A model generated the notes under the pieces. The model had not been told where the DNA came from, ran no database searches, and saw nothing but the letters and a program-made list of their open reading frames with translations. From assembly GCA_964355175.1 (NCBI GenBank), contig CAYHBZ010000001.1:240523-304522 (forward strand): 64,000 nucleotides of DNA. Direction: 5' to 3'. This DNA is from an uncultured Gammaproteobacteria bacterium. Lineage in GTDB: Bacteria; Patescibacteriota; Patescibacteriia; Magasanikbacterales; GWA2-37-8. Below are positions 1 to 10,799 of the stretch, piece after piece. Position numbers and translations under genes: made by a program. Every line of letters begins with the position of its first letter. Within the stretch, counting starts at the first letter, position 1.

Positions 1-714
1 CTTTGCTTTATAATTATGAGATAAATATTCTCCAAGTTTGGCAAAATTTTTCACGTCCCATTGTTTTATTTTATTCCCCGCACACGGCACTATACCAACT
101 AATAAATCCTTACCGGGCATTAAACCGTATTGGCCACATAATTGATCCACACTTTGTTTAGCAGACGGTGAAAAACCTAAATGTTTAGTGGTATCATCGG
201 TAAATATATTCAGCGGCTCCAATAAACGCAGATACTCCCGCGGGGCATATTTACCCATAGTGTGTGATTTATTAATTACAAATTTTCGTATTATATTATA
301 ATATAAAGTATTTAAAGGACTATATCCCCCATCCACCACTGGAGAAACTACGCAAGGAATACCAGCCAAATACAACAAAGATAAGCCTATAAAATTTGGC
401 GCGCACATACATCCAAAATCAATCTGTTCTGACCTGATAATTTTTAATAATTGAAAAAAATTTTTGTTATAAACAAAATATTTATCGACATCTTTGTTAT
501 CTTCCAAGATTAATCTATTTATCTCATTGCCAATAACAAAAAGTTGAGAATTTGGAAATTTATCCTTAACTGCTCTAAAAATAGGAGTTGTGCAAACCAT
601 ATCTCCCAACTTAGCAAACTGAGCAACAACCACCTTCTTTGGAGAAGTAATTTTTTTATTAGCCCGACCCTTAATTATATATAATCCAACAACTAGAAAC
701 AGCAGACTCACCAT
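1..714 (-). CDS. Glycosyltransferase family 9 (heptosyltransferase-like), N-terminal ~238 aa. The 3' end lies outside the window.
   Basis: Manual minus-strand translation from ATG (complement of 712-714) gives MVSLLFLVVGLYIIKGRANKK...VVVAQFAKLGDMVCTTPIFRAVKDKFPNSQLFVIGN, the GT9 N-terminal pattern. The reading frame is open to position 1. Confidence 0.5.
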   Translation of the reverse strand, partial: MVSLLFLVVGLYIIKGRANKKITSPKKVVVAQFAKLGDMVCTTPIFRAVKDKFPNSQLFVIGNEINRLILEDNKDVDKYFVYNKNFFQLLKIIRSEQIDFGCMCAPNFIGLSLLYLAGIPCVVSPVVDGGYSPLNTLYYNIIRKFVINKSHTMGKYAPREYLRLLEPLNIFTDDTTKHLGFSPSAKQSVDQLCGQYGLMPGKDLLVGIVPCAGNKIKQWDVKNFAKLGEYLSHNYKAK

Positions 715-829
715 CTTTACGTTTTTAAAAAATACTTTAAACATAAAAATATTTTTCTTTTAATATAAACTTTATTTTTTCATATTTATTCATACAACCT
801 AATAATTAAAGCACTGGATAAAAATCATA

Positions 830-1807
830 TTAAAAATATTTATTCCACTTGGAAACAGGGTAATTACCTACTGCTAAATCAGTCATATGGTCTCGAGAAA
901 ATACACTAGCCAATTTAATCAGAACTAACCATATTTTTTTAGAACCTCTAAATTTCAAAGATGTAGAACTCTTAGATGAGATCGCTTTTTCCATTATAGC
1001 AATTTCATCTTCCGATAGTACTTTTTTATCAATGGCCAAATTAAGTAATGCTCGCCCTAAATCTAAATAACCATAAGATAAGTAGCAACAAAAAGCACGG
1101 ACAATTTTATCATGACTGACTGACTCAGAAAAAATCTTTTCTGGACTCTTAAAGTACAAAGCATTACCAAAAACTAATTGCCCCTTGGACAACTCAGCTC
1201 TATTATCTCTTTGATAAAAACACTTCTGAATATCAAATAACTCAAAACCATTTTCTCTAATAAAACTATCAACATCAGCAAATAACGGCTGTTCTAAATA
1301 AATTGGCGCAAACTCCACCTCTACTTCCAACCCAACAGCGTTCTTTAGTGTATTTTTAGCACCAGCCAAAATTAATTTCTCACATCCTTGGGTATCAATT
1401 TTAATAAAATCCACATCATTAATACCAGCACCGCCCAATTGATTGTCCAGAGTGTCTGCTTCCATCACAATTTCTTTTATAATTTCAAATCTTTCTTTAT
1501 TTATAAATTTTTTTAAAAAATCGTAATTTGGCTTAAAAACAGAAGATACCTTCTGCTTTTTACACAAATAAAAGCTAATTGTTTTCTTAGCATCGGCAAG
1601 GGCTGAATTGAACAGAACTAAATTATTGTCTTTCATCTTAGAAAGAGATTCAAACGCTCTCTTGTCAGGCTCAAACATTATAAATTTTATATTATCAGTC
1701 AGCTGCGACCACCTCACATCAGACCCTCCCGAAGCTCCAATATCAACAACAACAATCGGATTATTATCCATCAACTTAACTTTTTTAGAAAACTTTAAAA
1801 AATTCAT
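830..1807 (-). CDS. FkbM-family SAM-dependent methyltransferase
   Basis: VVVDIGASGGSD ... FEPDKRAF ... LKKFINKE motif layout typical of Methyltransf_21/FkbM. Confidence 0.65.
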   Translation of the reverse strand: MNFLKFSKKVKLMDNNPIVVVDIGASGGSDVRWSQLTDNIKFIMFEPDKRAFESLSKMKDNNLVLFNSALADAKKTISFYLCKKQKVSSVFKPNYDFLKKFINKERFEIIKEIVMEADTLDNQLGGAGINDVDFIKIDTQGCEKLILAGAKNTLKNAVGLEVEVEFAPIYLEQPLFADVDSFIRENGFELFDIQKCFYQRDNRAELSKGQLVFGNALYFKSPEKIFSESVSHDKIVRAFCCYLSYGYLDLGRALLNLAIDKKVLSEDEIAIMEKAISSKSSTSLKFRGSKKIWLVLIKLASVFSRDHMTDLAVGNYPVSKWNKYF

Positions 1808-1819
1808 AGACTTGGGGTG

Positions 1820-2920
1820 TTAATTTAAAATTGAATTTAAAAAATTAATAATACTGCCAGATCTACTATGCCAAGTAAAATTTGCAGATTCTGTAATAGC
1901 TTGACTGGATTTGCGTTGAGCTAGATAATAATTCACCCTAATTAATTTTATTTTTGATATAAAATCATCCGTATCTTCTGGATTAAAAAGGAAAGAATTA
2001 TTATCGTTGAATATTTCAGTGATTGAACCTAGATTAGAGGCCAAAACCGGTGTGCCGCTAGCCAGATATTCAAACATTTTTAAAGCCGAATGATATTTGT
2101 AGGTTTTTAACTCCCTGGTAAACGGCAAAAGCAACAAATCGGCGGCTTTAAGATAAGCGGGAACTTCTTGGTAGGAAACACGAGAAATAAATATTATATT
2201 TTTTGGCTCTCCTCCAGCAAATCCATCGCCTCCCAAAAGCACGAAAATCATGTCCGGGCAGGCGCGGGCGGCTTTAATTATTAAATCAACTCCTTTGCCA
2301 CCAACTTTTAAATTTCCACTATACATCGCGATAAAACAATCATCTGAGAGAGACAACTGTTTTAATAATTTATTTCTGCAAATTTCTTTATCTAGATTAT
2401 CAAAATCTTTTTGGAAGAATCCATCATGAGCCACTAGCAACTTATCTTCATCGATATTATATTTACTCATTACGTAGCATTTGAGCGATTCGGAAATAGC
2501 CACAATCCTAATAACACCAACCAATCGACTAAATAAAAAATTACCAATCTTTGTTTCAAATGGCTTGTGGATTTCATAAATTGTCTTATATCCACAAAGA
2601 TAGTAGAAAAAAACTACCAGAATATCGCGGCTATATATATAGTCTGGCTTAAATTTTAAGATCTCAAACAAAGAAAAAACTATCAAAAATAAATACCTGG
2701 TTGGACGCGATAACCAAGCTGCACTCCAAACCTTAAACCATCTATAGTCAGTTTTTGGCTGATTGTTATTTTTGGGAGAAATCAATAAAAAATCTTCTTT
2801 TAAATTTTCAAAAAAAGCTTGGGCCATCGCCGCTACCTGGATACTCTGAGCGTCCTTTGCTGGTATAGTAATATTGGTTATATAGGCCAATTTCATAAAA
2901 TAATTATCTTTTGACAACAA
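1820..2920 (-). CDS. Glycosyltransferase family 4 (GT-B, retaining). The true start may be the internal Met near 2896.
   Basis: C-terminal EX7E-like region FEYLASGTPVLASNLGSITEIF and KAADLLLLPF. Confidence 0.7.
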   Translation of the reverse strand: MLSKDNYFMKLAYITNITIPAKDAQSIQVAAMAQAFFENLKEDFLLISPKNNNQPKTDYRWFKVWSAAWLSRPTRYLFLIVFSLFEILKFKPDYIYSRDILVVFFYYLCGYKTIYEIHKPFETKIGNFLFSRLVGVIRIVAISESLKCYVMSKYNIDEDKLLVAHDGFFQKDFDNLDKEICRNKLLKQLSLSDDCFIAMYSGNLKVGGKGVDLIIKAARACPDMIFVLLGGDGFAGGEPKNIIFISRVSYQEVPAYLKAADLLLLPFTRELKTYKYHSALKMFEYLASGTPVLASNLGSITEIFNDNNSFLFNPEDTDDFISKIKLIRVNYYLAQRKSSQAITESANFTWHSRSGSIINFLNSILN

Positions 2921-3902
2921 AATGCCAATACGGATTATTATCCGAAACAGTCGTCGTGCTAAAAGTATCGCTTAGAGATAAAATTTCTTTTCGACTGACG
3001 CGCTGCTCTATGCCAGTAAAAAATCTATCATACACATCCTGTTCTATTCTCTTAAATGTTTTATCTTTATAAGCTTCATATAAAGGAATAAATTTACCTT
3101 TGTTAAAAATTTGAAAAATACTGCCAATTAAAATTAACGGATAATAAATCAAATAAACACCTAGATGAGAAAATAATCTGCGAAATAATTTATTTTGCAC
3201 TCGACTTAAAACCAAACGGATACCGGTTACCAACTTCAATAAAATCTTGTAATAACCGGGTCTATTGTCAAGAGCATAATACAAATAGATCAGTAATTCC
3301 GGAGAAAATCTTTTTAAATTCCTCACCTCATTTAGACAATCAGTAGGTAAATGATGCAACACTCCCAAACAAAAAAGAAAATCAGTAAAATCGTTTTTAA
3401 AGGGGATGTCTTTGATATCACACATAAAGAACAGACAATTATTGGAGTTTTTTAAATTATTACGAGCTACAAAAATTGCGTCCGAAAAGTCCACCAACAC
3501 CATCTCTTTGCATTTGTCGCTCAGAAAAAAACTCCAACGGCCGCTACCACAACCCAAATCACACACCCTTTTGGAAAAAAACTTTTGTATATCCACCAAA
3601 TCAAAATATTCTTCAAATTCTTTATGGTGTTCTGGCAAAATATCCTTATACTCTTTCCACTCTTCCCCAAAGCTATATTGGATATCTTGGGCAAAATCCT
3701 TGATTTGTCCCCTATTACCAGCGGACGACGAAATTGATTGTTTGACAAAATTTGAATATTTTTCCGGCTTCAATAAAATTATCACATCGTTTACAATCGG
3801 AAATTCTTGGCCGCTAACCACCAATTTATTATCAAATAAAATAACATCATCTTTCCCAAAGATCTCTTTTAAACTTAAAATTTTATTTTGATAATAATTC
3901 AT
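2904..3902 (-). CDS. Class I SAM-dependent methyltransferase
   Basis: VCDLGCGSGRWSFFLS (motif I), LFCLGVLHHLP. Confidence 0.65.
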   Translation of the reverse strand: MNYYQNKILSLKEIFGKDDVILFDNKLVVSGQEFPIVNDVIILLKPEKYSNFVKQSISSSAGNRGQIKDFAQDIQYSFGEEWKEYKDILPEHHKEFEEYFDLVDIQKFFSKRVCDLGCGSGRWSFFLSDKCKEMVLVDFSDAIFVARNNLKNSNNCLFFMCDIKDIPFKNDFTDFLFCLGVLHHLPTDCLNEVRNLKRFSPELLIYLYYALDNRPGYYKILLKLVTGIRLVLSRVQNKLFRRLFSHLGVYLIYYPLILIGSIFQIFNKGKFIPLYEAYKDKTFKRIEQDVYDRFFTGIEQRVSRKEILSLSDTFSTTTVSDNNPYWHFVVKR

Positions 3903-3913
3903 ATTCTTAAAAA

Positions 3914-6091
3914 TTAATTGGATTCATAAATAGATATAATATTTTGAGCATATTTCTCCCAAGTAAAATGCTGGGCCAATTTACGCGCAGACTCGCCCAT
4001 TTCTTTTATTTTTTCCGGATTTTCATAAAAATATTTCATTTTATCCGCCAAAATTCCCGCATCAGCAACCGGGATTATAAAACCTTGCTTTCCATCTTCC
4101 ACCACTGAGCCGGCATTATAGGTAGTAATAACTGGAAGCCCTGAAGCCAGCGCTTCGTACACTGACTTGGACGATCCTTCCAAAATAGAAGGGAAAACAT
4201 ACACGTTATTTTTGGGCAATTCTTTGGCCATATCGCAAAAACCATATACCGCTATATTGCGCTGTGAAGCGTTTTCTAAATACGAACGCACTTCCGGATA
4301 AACACGACCATATAAATTTAGTTTTGCATTTTTAAAATTATTTTTTTTCCAGGCTTCAATTAAATAAGCAACGCCTTTTCTCTGATTAATGGCTCCGGCA
4401 AAGCAAAAATTTATTTCTTTATTATGTTTCTGCTGGGGCGTAAATTTATTTATATCTACCCCAAAAGGTACTACCGAAATTTTATTTGAATCGACTTCTT
4501 CATAAATCAAAGAATCCTTAACGAATAACGATGGCACTATAAATTGATCGACATGATTAAAACAATCTTTTACATAATCATCCACCTTTAGATTCACATT
4601 TTTATATAGCTCATCTTTACCTTCCAATATTTTACCAAGAAAAGAAGTGAGAGCCATCGGCACATCCTGATAAATTTTAATAGCGGGATTAATTTGTTTT
4701 ATATAAGCATAAACTTTTGGAGTAAAGTCCCAAGAATGTACAAAATCAATATTGGACAGGTCTAATTTCTTTAATTTTTTTAATAAAAAAAACTGAAAAA
4801 TTTCAATTTTAATTTTATTAAGATTAAAGTGTCTGGAAACAGAAAAATAAATATGAAAAAAATTAATCAACTTCATCAATATCTCACCCATTGGAATAAC
4901 TTTTTTTATAAGCGAGGTGGATTCTATATTTTTTAAAAAATTTCTACAAAAAACAAAAACACCATTTCGATAAGATAAATTTTTATAGATTTCAAAAGCG
5001 CGAGATCCAATAGTATTGCGTACACCAAAATCTGAATTTAAAATAAATATCCCCCTCTTCTTTTCAAACCCTCTAATAGCTTTTACCCATTCTGACACAT
5101 CATCTATATTTTTTAATACATGGACTTCTCGGTCATCTACATCTTTATCAATTACCGCTGAACTGGATATTACCGGTATTTTTAAACGACCGGCTTCTAA
5201 GCCAACTCTACCCGAAAAGGTGTTATTCCAACGTGAAATACTTATAGCAACTTTGGTAATTTCATATATTTTAGCCGCATCTTTTTGGACCGGCATAAAC
5301 GTTAGATTGCCTTTTACCAAACGATCGCTGCGATCTTCCACTAGCAAAAATTCATATTCCGGCAAAACTTTAGACACTTTGATAAATATCTCATAAGCCT
5401 TTTCAGAATTTCTACCACCGATAAAGGTGATATATTTTTGCTTCTTAGGATCTACTACAAAATTATTAATAGAAGCAATGTCGATTTTAGGATATTTTAT
5501 TTCATCCGCTTTTAAACCAATACGTTTGTGCAATAAGTCAGCCATCTTATCGGAATTTGCGATTATTCTTGAGGCGTGTTTTAATGCAACTTTATTACTA
5601 ATAATAAAATTTATAGTAAATGGCATTTCCACAATCATTCTAGCAAACTTAAATAATCTTCTTACCCCTCGGGAATAATTAACAAAAAGCATGCTAATAC
5701 TACTATTATCCCTTAGATAATAATGATATTTAATATTATTTTTTATACAGTATGCTGCTATAAAAGGCGAATAAGGTCCTTGCAACACCACAAACTCCGA
5801 TTCTTTAATGGACGATAAATTTTGATCCAAGATACTTTTTACCAAACCCCTGTTAAAAAATAAGAAAGCAAACCGCGAAATAGATAATAAAAACTTATAT
5901 TTTAAGAGAAAATTTTTACCCGCAACGACTCTGAAATCATACTCCGACTGATAATAGAGTATATCAAAAGAAATGGCCTTTATGTCATAACCATTTTTTG
6001 AATATATTTTAAATTCTTCCAAGATAGATTTTTCCGCTCCACCCGCAAACGAAGGGAAAAAAGCAGATAGAAAATAAATTTTTTTAATCAT
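3914..6091 (-). CDS. Large (725 aa) two-module glycosyltransferase with a C-terminal GT4 domain
   Basis: N-terminus MIKKIYFLSAFFPSFAGGAEKS (GT4-like start). C-terminus FPSILEGSSKSVYEALASGLPVITTYNAGSVVEDGKQGFII. Confidence 0.65.
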   Translation of the reverse strand: MIKKIYFLSAFFPSFAGGAEKSILEEFKIYSKNGYDIKAISFDILYYQSEYDFRVVAGKNFLLKYKFLLSISRFAFLFFNRGLVKSILDQNLSSIKESEFVVLQGPYSPFIAAYCIKNNIKYHYYLRDNSSISMLFVNYSRGVRRLFKFARMIVEMPFTINFIISNKVALKHASRIIANSDKMADLLHKRIGLKADEIKYPKIDIASINNFVVDPKKQKYITFIGGRNSEKAYEIFIKVSKVLPEYEFLLVEDRSDRLVKGNLTFMPVQKDAAKIYEITKVAISISRWNNTFSGRVGLEAGRLKIPVISSSAVIDKDVDDREVHVLKNIDDVSEWVKAIRGFEKKRGIFILNSDFGVRNTIGSRAFEIYKNLSYRNGVFVFCRNFLKNIESTSLIKKVIPMGEILMKLINFFHIYFSVSRHFNLNKIKIEIFQFFLLKKLKKLDLSNIDFVHSWDFTPKVYAYIKQINPAIKIYQDVPMALTSFLGKILEGKDELYKNVNLKVDDYVKDCFNHVDQFIVPSLFVKDSLIYEEVDSNKISVVPFGVDINKFTPQQKHNKEINFCFAGAINQRKGVAYLIEAWKKNNFKNAKLNLYGRVYPEVRSYLENASQRNIAVYGFCDMAKELPKNNVYVFPSILEGSSKSVYEALASGLPVITTYNAGSVVEDGKQGFIIPVADAGILADKMKYFYENPEKIKEMGESARKLAQHFTWEKYAQNIISIYESN

Positions 6092-6106
6092 ACTTAAATA
6101 GCCTTT

Positions 6107-7210
6107 TTAAGAACGCTGCTTAAAAAAATCTGTAAATATTTTAATCACATAATCTATTTGCGACTGGGTCATTTCCGGATATACCGGCAAACTGACGACC
6201 TCGTCACAAATTTGTTCTGAAACCGGAAAACTACCTTTGGTATAACCTAAATATTTAAAACAATCCTGTAAATGAAGTGCTAAGGGATAATAAATACCGG
6301 CTGCCACTCCATTTTTCTGTAAATGCTCTAGTAGATTATCTCTATTCTTGGTTAAAACAGCGTACTGGTGAAAAATATGTTTGCCCTTAGGTATTTCTGT
6401 GGGAGTTTTTACTAAATTAATAAATGCCTTATTATATTCACCCGCTATTTCTTTTCTCTTCTTATTCCACTCGTCAATATATCTCAGTTTTATACTCAAA
6501 ACTACCGCCTGCAGTGAATCCAGGCGAGAATTGACTCCCACAAGTTCATGGAAATATTTCTTTTTTGATCCGTGTATTTGTAACTTTTTAATTTTTTCCA
6601 AATCTTCTTGCGAGCGACAAGTTATCAAACCGCCATCACCCGCACCACCTAAATTCTTGGTGGGGAAAAAAGAAAAACAACCAAAATCTCCCATTGTCCC
6701 CGCCTTTTTGTCATTATACTCGGCCCCAAAGGCCTGACAAGCATCTTCAATTACTTTTAAATTATATTTTTTAGCCAGCATCATCACCTTATCCATATCG
6801 GTACACTGACCAAAAATATGAACCACTAAAATGGCTTTAGTTTTTTCGTTAATCGCTTTTTCTATTTTAGAACAATCAATATTAAAAGTATCAACGTCCA
6901 CATCCACAAACACCGGTACGGCACCCAATCTGGCTATTGCTCCCGCAGTAGCAAAAAAAGTAAACGGAGTAGTAATAATTTCATCTCCGGCTTTTATTTC
7001 CATTGCCAACAAAGACAAAAGCAAAGCGTCACTACCGGAAGCACAACCCAGAGATTCTTGTGCCAAATAATCAGAAACATTTTTTTCAAATTTTTTCACT
7101 TCATCACCCATAATAAAAGAACCTTCCTCAAAAACTTTTTCAACGGCCGGCATTATCTCTGTTTTTAGATCCTGATATTGTTTTTTTAAATCCACAAAAG
7201 GGATAATCAT
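6107..7210 (-). CDS. DegT/DnrJ/EryC1/StrS-family PLP-dependent sugar aminotransferase (WbpE/ArnB/PglE-like)
   Basis: FEKNVSDYLAQESLGCASGSDALLLSLLAM ... TTPFTFFATAGAIARLGAVPVFVDVD ... ILVVHIFGQ. Confidence 0.85.
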   Translation of the reverse strand: MIIPFVDLKKQYQDLKTEIMPAVEKVFEEGSFIMGDEVKKFEKNVSDYLAQESLGCASGSDALLLSLLAMEIKAGDEIITTPFTFFATAGAIARLGAVPVFVDVDVDTFNIDCSKIEKAINEKTKAILVVHIFGQCTDMDKVMMLAKKYNLKVIEDACQAFGAEYNDKKAGTMGDFGCFSFFPTKNLGGAGDGGLITCRSQEDLEKIKKLQIHGSKKKYFHELVGVNSRLDSLQAVVLSIKLRYIDEWNKKRKEIAGEYNKAFINLVKTPTEIPKGKHIFHQYAVLTKNRDNLLEHLQKNGVAAGIYYPLALHLQDCFKYLGYTKGSFPVSEQICDEVVSLPVYPEMTQSQIDYVIKIFTDFFKQRS

Positions 7211-7211
7211 A

Positions 7212-7922
7212 TTATTGATTTTCTAATAATTGATCGGTTGGAACATCCTTTAAATATTTGGCCGGAACACCCACCACTACATTTTTTGTCTCCACATCCT
7301 GAGTCACTACCGAACCCGCCCCAACCAGCGCGTCCTCGCCTACAGTAATTCCAGGCAACAACACAGCGCCCACACCAATCCTAGCACCTTTCTTAATATG
7401 AACACCTAAAAATTTAGAAAATCTTTCTTTGGTTCTACCCACATAAGCGTCATTAGACGTTAACACGCCAGGAGCAATAAAAACAAAATCTTCTATTTTT
7501 GAATAAGGCACGATATGAACATTGGACTGAATTTTACATTTATTTCCAATCTGGACTGAATTTTCTATTAATACCCGACTGCCGATTATTGTATTTTCCC
7601 CAATCACTACTTCTTCCCGAATAGTGGCATTATCGGCTAATAAACAGCCGTAACCGATCGTGGCACCCCGATAGACGGTTACACCAGAGCCGATAAGTAC
7701 ATCCGCACCAATTATCAATGGACCGAGTTCTCTATTTTCTGTAGTGGCCGAATTTTTGGAAACCAACGGCATTTTGCCAAGTATCGTATTATCATCAATA
7801 CGAACATTATTACCAATAACAACCTCGTCATAAATGACAACGTTATTTCCTATCACCACATTTTCCCCAATCATGGCACTCGGAGCTATTTTAAAATTAT
7901 TCATTTTTAAAAAAATTAACAA
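7212..7922 (-). CDS. Left-handed beta-helix (hexapeptide-repeat) sugar N-acetyltransferase (WbpD/PglD-like)
   Basis: Repeated [LIV]GxxxxI hexapeptides: IGENVVIGNNVVIYDEVVIGNNVRIDDNTILG. Confidence 0.75.
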   Translation of the reverse strand: MLIFLKMNNFKIAPSAMIGENVVIGNNVVIYDEVVIGNNVRIDDNTILGKMPLVSKNSATTENRELGPLIIGADVLIGSGVTVYRGATIGYGCLLADNATIREEVVIGENTIIGSRVLIENSVQIGNKCKIQSNVHIVPYSKIEDFVFIAPGVLTSNDAYVGRTKERFSKFLGVHIKKGARIGVGAVLLPGITVGEDALVGAGSVVTQDVETKNVVVGVPAKYLKDVPTDQLLENQ

Positions 7923-8853
7923 AATTATTTTCTATCTGGTTCACTACAACAGACTCTCTCATAGCATGAGCCAACTCAATAGCTGGCCGAACATCCTCTA
8001 GACCATAGCCTCCCCCTGTTAAAATCTGCTTATACACTTCAGTGTGCAGATCCGTAAAACCATCAGAAAATTCTACTTTCTCGCCATCAATAGTAATGGA
8101 ACGAAAAGATTTTATTTCTTTACCGTCGGCTTTAGGCAGATCATTTACATCCAAAGACAAAGCCCACTTTACCTTAGCGCGTTCGAGCTCTATGAAACCG
8201 GCCATCTTTTTGGGAGTTCGATAGTGGACTTCCTGCTTAATCACTTTGCCAAATATCCATATCAACATATCAAAAAAATGAATGCCGATATTTGATACTA
8301 CTCCACCTGATTTATTTATATCCCCTTTCCACGAACTCCAATACCAATTGCCCCGAGGAGTAATATAAACCAACTCCACCTCAAATTTCTTTTCGGATTG
8401 ATCATTCTCAATCTTTTCTTTTAAAGCGATAATGGCAGGATGAACCCTAAGCTGTAAAAGATTATAAACTTTTTTGCCACTTTCTTTTTCCATTTCAATT
8501 AAAGGATCAATATTCCAAGGGCTTAATACTAGAGGCTTTTCACAGATAATATCGGCGCCAATCCTAAGGCCAAAACGAATATGGGCGTCATGAAGATAAT
8601 TCGGCGAACAAATAGTGACATAATCTATTTTTTTGCCGGCTTTAGGATTCCTTTTATGCTTTTCCACGTATCGATCAAAGCGCTCAAATTCGGTAAAAAA
8701 ATCAACACCATAACTATAGCTATCAAGAATACCCACCGAATCATTTGGGTCATAAGCCGCCACCAAATTGTTTCCAGTTTCTTTTATGGCTTTTAGATGA
8801 CGTGGGGCAATATACCCTGCCACCCCGATTACCGCAAAATTTTTCGCAGTCAT
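7897..8853 (-). CDS. Gfo/Idh/MocA-family NAD-dependent sugar-nucleotide oxidoreductase (WbpB/GnnA-like)
   Basis: N-terminal Rossmann NFAVIGVAGYIAPRHLKAIKETGNNLVAAYDPN ... ICEKPL. Confidence 0.8.
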   Translation of the reverse strand: MTAKNFAVIGVAGYIAPRHLKAIKETGNNLVAAYDPNDSVGILDSYSYGVDFFTEFERFDRYVEKHKRNPKAGKKIDYVTICSPNYLHDAHIRFGLRIGADIICEKPLVLSPWNIDPLIEMEKESGKKVYNLLQLRVHPAIIALKEKIENDQSEKKFEVELVYITPRGNWYWSSWKGDINKSGGVVSNIGIHFFDMLIWIFGKVIKQEVHYRTPKKMAGFIELERAKVKWALSLDVNDLPKADGKEIKSFRSITIDGEKVEFSDGFTDLHTEVYKQILTGGGYGLEDVRPAIELAHAMRESVVVNQIENNFVNFFKNE

Positions 8854-8938
8854 AATATATGATTAAATAGTGATATAATTATACTGTCAGACCACTAATA
8901 TGTCAATAAATCCGGCTAATTACAGCGGAATTTTAAAT

Positions 8939-10654
8939 TTATTTTAGGATAATTTTATAAACTTTATACCCAGCATTACTGTATAAAACAGGAAAATTTA
9001 AATTCTTACCATCTTGGTTATTTACCAAAAATACATTGCTGGAGCTGTTTGATCTCTTCATCTCCTGCGCTATTTTAATAAAATCGAGCTCTGAAAGCTT
9101 ATCAAAACCCACACGCAAGTCTTCCCCTGGAACATAACCAAGATTTTTCATCCTTTCCAACCAATCAAAACCAAATTGAGGATTAAAATTCATTAGGGTG
9201 CCGTCTTTCCAATCAGCATAAATAGATCTTTGAGACTCCACTCTAAAACCATCCGAATTGGATGGAACAATAAACACATCTTTAATATCTGTATGGTCTT
9301 TGGCCCAATATTGGACATCCAACCAATCTTTGGATTGAGCATTTTTTATAACAAAATCTTTCTGGACAACTCCGGCTGAAGCACCTAGAAAAATAGCTAA
9401 CCCTACCATCGCATACACAAACTGATTGGCGCTCAAAGCCGGACGCTTAAATACCAACCTAGTGACATTTTCGGCCAATAAATAAAACAAGATAACTGAC
9501 AAAAAGGCTCCCAAAGAAAAAAAAGCGACATTCCAATCACGCGTATCATAAAAAAAAGCGATTATGCAAAAAATTGCCAACAACCTTTCCTGAATGTTGA
9601 ATTCGCCTTCAAATTTTTTTATTAAAAAATTGGAAAAATAAATTATGGCAAAATAGGTGATAAATTGAAAACCTCTCAAAAACTGTAATACCATAGCTAT
9701 GGCAAGCGGAATAAATTCGGTAAAAATCACACCGACCGCTCCCAAGATAACCAAGGCGACAGTAAAAATCATCATTTTTCTATGATTATCCGCTTCCGGT
9801 TTGTACTTACAACTAATAATAAAAACCAAAGATATAAATATCGCTTTTAATAATTGGCCAATGCCCCAAGAAAAAGGAAATATATGATGAGGGGAACGCA
9901 ATTTTAAAAGACTGATCCAAGCCGGGTCGGCATATAGAAAATTCATACTAACGGGAGCAGAAATCACTTTCCAGACAATTAACGGACTGATTATCAATAG
10001 AAATAAACCGACATACGACACCAGCCTACGTATCCTGATATTTCTTAGATCCAATAATAAAGAAAATACCGTAATAGCAAAGGGATAAAGAGCCGTAAGA
10101 GGATGTATTAAAAAACAAATGCCTTGTAAAATATAACTGGTATAGTATTTATTTTTAAGAAAAAAATAAATAGCGAACAGAGCCAACGGCAAAGCGACTG
10201 TGATAGTCAACAGCATATCGTTGACGGCTTCGGTCCCCGCCATTATCTGATTGGTAAAAATTAAAAAAAATAAAGATAGATAACCTACTTCTTTTCTTTT
10301 GAATAATAATTTGGCAATAAGATATATTGAAAAAAAAGAAAAAAATATAGAAATAAGATAGACAGTAAACAAAATAATAGGAGTACTGATCCCAGAAAAT
10401 TTGATTATTGCCGCCAACCCAAACCATAGAAAAGTATAATAGTAAGGAACTTGCGCCAAAAGATAATCGTGCGGATATAAACTCGGATTCAAAAAAAAAT
10501 TCAAGAATGCAACAGTGATGGACTGGTCTCCCCAACCATAGCGATATTGATTAATACCAAGAACCGACACAATCAAAAAAATAAGTATTATCAACAAGGG
10601 CGTTATCTGCTTATGAGCAAAAAACTTTTTTATAGATAGAAAAAAAAATTTCAT
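8939..10654 (-). CDS. Polytopic membrane protein (about 12 TM) with a soluble C-terminal domain. Putative GT-C-type glycosyltransferase.
   Basis: Hydrophobic periodicity in the first ~400 aa and a polar C-terminal ~170 aa. No specific motif recognised. Confidence 0.4.
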   Translation of the reverse strand: MKFFFLSIKKFFAHKQITPLLIILIFLIVSVLGINQYRYGWGDQSITVAFLNFFLNPSLYPHDYLLAQVPYYYTFLWFGLAAIIKFSGISTPIILFTVYLISIFFSFFSIYLIAKLLFKRKEVGYLSLFFLIFTNQIMAGTEAVNDMLLTITVALPLALFAIYFFLKNKYYTSYILQGICFLIHPLTALYPFAITVFSLLLDLRNIRIRRLVSYVGLFLLIISPLIVWKVISAPVSMNFLYADPAWISLLKLRSPHHIFPFSWGIGQLLKAIFISLVFIISCKYKPEADNHRKMMIFTVALVILGAVGVIFTEFIPLAIAMVLQFLRGFQFITYFAIIYFSNFLIKKFEGEFNIQERLLAIFCIIAFFYDTRDWNVAFFSLGAFLSVILFYLLAENVTRLVFKRPALSANQFVYAMVGLAIFLGASAGVVQKDFVIKNAQSKDWLDVQYWAKDHTDIKDVFIVPSNSDGFRVESQRSIYADWKDGTLMNFNPQFGFDWLERMKNLGYVPGEDLRVGFDKLSELDFIKIAQEMKRSNSSSNVFLVNNQDGKNLNFPVLYSNAGYKVYKIILK

Positions 10655-10799
10655 ATGATAAATTCTTATTTATTTTTTAACAAATTATTAACAAAATTTC
10701 CAAGATTTTATTATATCCATACCAAATCCTTTTTTGCATAATTCTACCATATATTTGATTTAATTTTCTATATACTTATAGAGAAAATTTAATAAACTA

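Noticed and set aside
1608-5678. Short plus-strand ORFs from the six-frame track (1608-1823, 3406-3891, 3476-3703, 5016-5396, 5427-5678 and many similar elsewhere)
   Set aside because: They lie antisense within long, motif-supported minus-strand genes. They have low-complexity or odd composition and no RBS or motifs. I judge them shadow ORFs.
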